This document shows, piece after piece, positions 46,065 to 49,852 of a stretch of DNA of 49,852 nucleotides (within the stretch, counting starts at the first letter, position 1; the number at the start of each line of letters is the position of its first letter). The position numbers and the translations under genes are program-made. The notes under the pieces are model-generated. The model saw only the letters and a program-made list of their open reading frames with translations, searched no databases and was not told the DNA's origin. This DNA is from Octopus bimaculoides (Eukaryota): positions 28,508,315 to 28,558,166 of the forward strand of contig NC_068990.1 in NCBI RefSeq assembly GCF_001194135.2. Direction: 5' to 3'.

Positions 46065-46915
46065 ATGAAATACGAAAATTCGTCTCCCAAATGACTAACG
46101 AGAATGCCTCATGCATTTTGGTCTCGAGGTTAATATTTGGCTATATCTGGAGCAAAAGGAAACTATAATTAGACACGGGTCCCTATTTTCTTTTGTCTTT
46201 TTTATTCCAGCTTGGTTAACTTTTAATCCTCAGTGCTACCCCCTACAAAACATAGCTTCTCTTTCATGCAATTGACGTGTCTGAAATACATTTGCCTCTG
46301 TTTTCTCGCACCCAATGTTATCATTTATTACTTTCTTCTGTTTTTCTACTCTGTATACTTCAATTCACTACCCTATACTGTGCGTAAAAATATCCTCATA
46401 TATATAGCCTATGCTAATATAACACTTGTTAGAGTAACTTTGTCATATTTGATGAATGGTACGGTAATTTAAAAGTACTACTGAAACTAAGTTAAATTTT
46501 TAGTAGTTTCTACAAATATGAATTTTCATTTGTACAATGTACGTCATTCGCATCGAGACGGTTTCTACTGAGAACGTAATATATATAAAAGTGGTCGTTT
46601 GCTTTGTTAATGGAGTCAGAGTTGAACTTACCAGTAGAAGACATATGGAGTTTCCTTAAGAAACGTTTCTACTTTCAGAACCAAGAATGCTATTTGTTAT
46701 ATTCTTTTTGTTTTATATTGCAATGTTATTGTTGTTTTAAATGTTGACATTGATAAAATACCTAAGTGTTTCGACGTGTCTGATTATATATNNNNNNNNN
46801 NNNNNNNNNNNNNNNNNNNNNNNNNNNNNNNNNNNNNNNNNNNNNNNNNNNNNNNNNNNNNNNNNNNNNNNNNNNNNNNNNNNNNNNNNNNNNNNNNNNN
46901 NNNNNNNNNNNNNNN

Positions 46916-46960
<45 letters not shown>

Positions 46961-47149
46961 TCTACGATATACAGAGCTGTGCTAGCTGCTACGCTTTCTC
47001 ACTAAACACGCTATGCTATACTTATATTTATGTTTTCCTCTGTAAGAACATTTCAGTAACTGCCCGAGTCGCAACTTGTCTTGCTATAATTGTAAGATAT
47101 TAATATTTGCTGTAAGATATTGATGTAACGAAGTTTATATACCTTTTCG

Positions 47150-47385
47150 CTTTTACCTTTCACTTGTTTCAGTCATTAGACAGCGACCGTGCCGGATCCT
47201 CACCTTGAGGAACGTTTAGTCGAACAAATATACACAAGTCGTTATTATTTTTCTTTATGCCTGCTACATTTTCTCTCGGCCGCTTTTTGCCGGAACTCTA
47301 CGCCACCGTAAACACACAACAACACTGGTGACCAAGCGGTGACGAAAGAAAAACACAGACACACACAAACACACACATATATACT
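47150..47385 (-). mobile_element. SINE family B 3' half
   Basis: CTTTTACCTTTCACTTGTTTCAGTCATTAGACAGCGACC...CGTAAACACACAAC...GACCAAGCGGTG. Confidence 0.8.
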
Positions 47386-47425
47386 GTGTGTGTATGTGTG
47401 TGTGTGTGTGTGTGTCTGTGTCTGT

Positions 47426-47675
47426 GGAGGGGCGTGGCTTAGTGGTTAGGGTGTCAGCATCATGATCGTAAGATTGTAGTTTCGATTCCTGGACCGGGCG
47501 ACGCGTTGTGTTCTTGAGCAAAACACTTCATTTCACGTTGCTCCAGTCCACTCAGTTGGCAAAAATGAGTAACGCTGCGATGGACTGGCGTCCCTTCCAG
47601 CTGGGGAACACATACGCCATTGAAACCAAGAAACCGGGCCCATGAGCCTGCCTAGGTTTTAAAAGGGCGCATTTA
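47426..47675 (+). mobile_element. SINE family C with alternative (C2) tail, young-looking
   Basis: A-box TGGCTTAGTGG (47435-47445), B-box GTTTCGATTCC, body GTGTTCTTGAGCAAAACACTTCATTTCACG, tail GCGATGGACTGGCGTCCC...GAAACCGGGCCCATGAGCC. Confidence 0.88.
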
Positions 47676-47769
47676 TGTTATTATATATATGTACATATAT
47701 GTATGTGTGTGTATATGTGTGTGTGTGTGTGTACATATAAAATATGTGTCATTTCAAGTCGTCTAACTC

Positions 47770-48620
47770 TCTCCACCGTCACTCCTACATCCCTTTAATA
47801 ATCATGGAACAACTACCCTTCTACGCTTCCAATTTTCCTTCTTCTCTTCCTTATTCGTTTTGTTTTCTTCTGCCCCGGAAGGACAACCCCCTTTCCAACT
47901 CCCTTACGAGTGTAATGCGAGTATCAACGTTCTTGTCTATATGAAACCTGTTCCAACTCTTCATTCAGATTTCAACCTCTCGTCATCTAACATAAATCTG
48001 CACACTTTTCAACCATAGTACTATTGACTCAAAGAGGATCTGGATCATCTTAGATAGATAAAGATTTCACTTATATTTGCTTATGTCCGAATCTGTGACC
48101 ACATATTCTAAAGTTCCAAGAAATTTTGTTGTACCTCTTCGGAAAGGCCACTGGGGTCCGTTGCAAATTTATTATTGTTTCCTCATTTCTATTATACTGG
48201 GCTGTCTTCTTTCTAACTGCCATCGAGTTTATTATTCTAACTTACATTATCCTTTAGCAGGCCTGTGGTTAATGCCTATTTAATGTCATTTAGAGAATTA
48301 ACATAACTCTTCGATGCTTATTTTTACCATTGTCTATTTGAATGTTAGTCACATTTCTCGTTCCTTTAACTTTGGAAGTTTTGGAAATATCGTTGCTGTC
48401 AGATTCAATTGTCCTTTGATTTCTTCGTATTTCATTTCTCTACTCATATGTGAAAATCTAGATAGCTTTATATTCCTTATTTGCAAGCGGAATATAAAGT
48501 GCTTGATACGCCTTCCTTATTCATGAGGTTGGCACAGTCGTGGCACATTCATTATGGTTATTATTATGTCTACTATAAACATGTTCACTTTGACAGAACC
48601 CGACACATTCTTCTCCGGGC
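47770..48620 (-). mobile_element. possible decayed LINE ORF1-like relic
   Basis: Minus strand is purine-rich and codon-like with scattered stops (EMKYEEIKGQLNLTATIFPKLPKLKERE*, LERGCPSGAEENKTNKEEKKENWKRRR). No diagnostic motif recognised. Confidence 0.25.
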
Positions 48621-48735
48621 ATTGGCGATTTCACCATGCATACATACATACATACATACATTCTTACATATATGCATATATACGTACATATAAACACTCG
48701 CACAGGCACATACACATACCTGTATCTATATACAT

Positions 48736-48788
<53 letters not shown>

Positions 48789-49177
48789 NNNNNNNNNNNN
48801 NNNNNNNNNNNNNNNNNNNNNNNNNNNNNNNNNNNNNNNNNNNNNNNNNNNNNNNNNNNNNNNNNNNNNNNNNNNNNNNNNNNNNNNNNNNNNNNNNNNN
48901 NNNNNNNNNNNNNNNNNNNNNNNNNNNNNNNNNNNNNNNNNNNNNNNNNNNNNNNNNNNNNNNNNNNNNNNNNNNNNNNNNNNNNNNNNNNNNNNNNNNN
49001 NNNNNNNNNNNNNNNNNNNNNNNNNNNNNNNNNNNNNNNNNNNNNNNNNNNNNNNNNNNNNNNNNNNNNNNNNNNNNNNNNNNNNNNNATATATATGTAT
49101 ATATATATATATATGCGTACTAACGTACATTCACGTCCTTACATAGCTGGATGCACACTAGGGCTCAAGCGTATGTG

Positions 49178-49325
49178 TGACGAGATTGCGTGGTAAGAAT
49201 TTTGAAACCCAGCCACATGGTTCCGGTCTCAGTCGCACCGCGTGGCACCTTGGGCAAAAGTCTTATATTGCAGCACCGGCTTTGAGTGGATCTGGTCGAC
49301 GGAAACTGAAAGAAGCCCGTCGTAA
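49178..49325 (+). mobile_element. SINE family B 5' half
   Basis: GCGTGGTAAGAA...CCCAGCCACATGGTTCCGG...GCGTGGCACCTTGGGCAA...GACGGAAACTGAAAGAAGCCCGTCGTA. Confidence 0.88.
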
Positions 49326-49500
49326 GCAAAATAGAAACGATGTTTCTTGGGGCTCAGTAACAGTAACATTCTTCTCTTACCGGGGACTGTCACATTAAGT
49401 TGCCAAGAAGCCATCACTTTATCGTGCTGTTACTGCATAACTTTCTGTGCGATTAGAAATGTAATATTTATATTTTTATATATATGATTATGTCTGCATA

Positions 49501-49528
49501 CTAGAAACTGCCACTCTAGAAACTGCCA
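49501..49528. repeat. 15-bp tandem duplication CTAGAAACTGCCA(CT) x2
   Basis: Directly visible. Confidence 0.9.
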
Positions 49529-49852
49529 ATTTCACTAATTTACACCAAGTTTCACGTTCCGACGAACAAAACATTTTGCAGGAAACAAACATAAAAAGAA
49601 CTAGTTTAATTGGCTTGCAGTAGGATCATGCGCAAGAAAAGCAAACAAAAACAAACAACAACAACAACAAGAACGAAAAATTGCAGGGAATATTTCGGGG
49701 ACTTGCACATCAATAAAGAAGATGAAATTATATTCGTTCATCTTGTCATGACAAGAAAAGCATTTTCGTGTTAGGTTTTCCTATATTGTGTACGCACAGT
49801 GATACATTTGCTTTTCCTTGCAATCTGTGTATGTGTTTGTGTATGTGTGCGT

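Noticed and set aside
46584-46620. TATAAAAG plus TCAG as a TATA/Inr core promoter
   Set aside because: Spacing is about 34 nt, the TATA lies in a TA run, and the first ATG is closed after three codons.
47426-47500. SINE heads as tRNA genes
   Set aside because: A/B boxes are present, but they continue into repeated SINE bodies and I could not form a cloverleaf.
3381-49196. Long ORFs in the track (poly-X, YIYI, CVCV, THTH, LSLS, poly-N/I/Y)
   Set aside because: They are translations of microsatellites and N-gaps, not genes.
1-49852. CRISPR array, operon or prokaryotic/viral system
   Set aside because: No regularly spaced direct repeats with unique spacers and no gene-dense segment; the repeats are dispersed SINEs and microsatellites.

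Overview
This is AT-rich, repeat-dominated animal DNA, most likely from an octopus. That assignment is an inference from recalled octopus-type tRNA-derived SINE sequences and the dense AC/AT/AG/AAT/AGAT/GGAT microsatellites. It is a draft scaffold with 15 N-gaps (about 5.7 kb, ~11%), most flanked by microsatellites. No protein-coding gene can be called: every long ORF in the track is a microsatellite, gap or TE artefact, and only a few weak exon candidates remain. About 35 SINE copies fall into three families (my labels A, B, C) with modular bodies. Other supported elements are a 574-bp MITE with 37-bp TIRs, an 8-bp TSD and a head-to-head telomere-repeat core; an internally deleted Tc1 element; a TA-flanked Tc1/mariner MITE; a mariner transposase fragment duplicated as a 149-bp near-perfect inverted repeat; an RTE-like LINE 3' relic with a C2H2 finger; and an isolated 37-nt 28S rRNA fragment. 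Three hammerhead-ribozyme-like motifs share one architecture (CUGnnGA-A-stem II-GAAA), suggesting Penelope-like or retrozyme relics. I found no clearly new biological system; the best leads are the hammerhead-like motifs, the telomere-core MITE and the long inverted repeats. SINE boundaries are approximate (about 10-20 bp).
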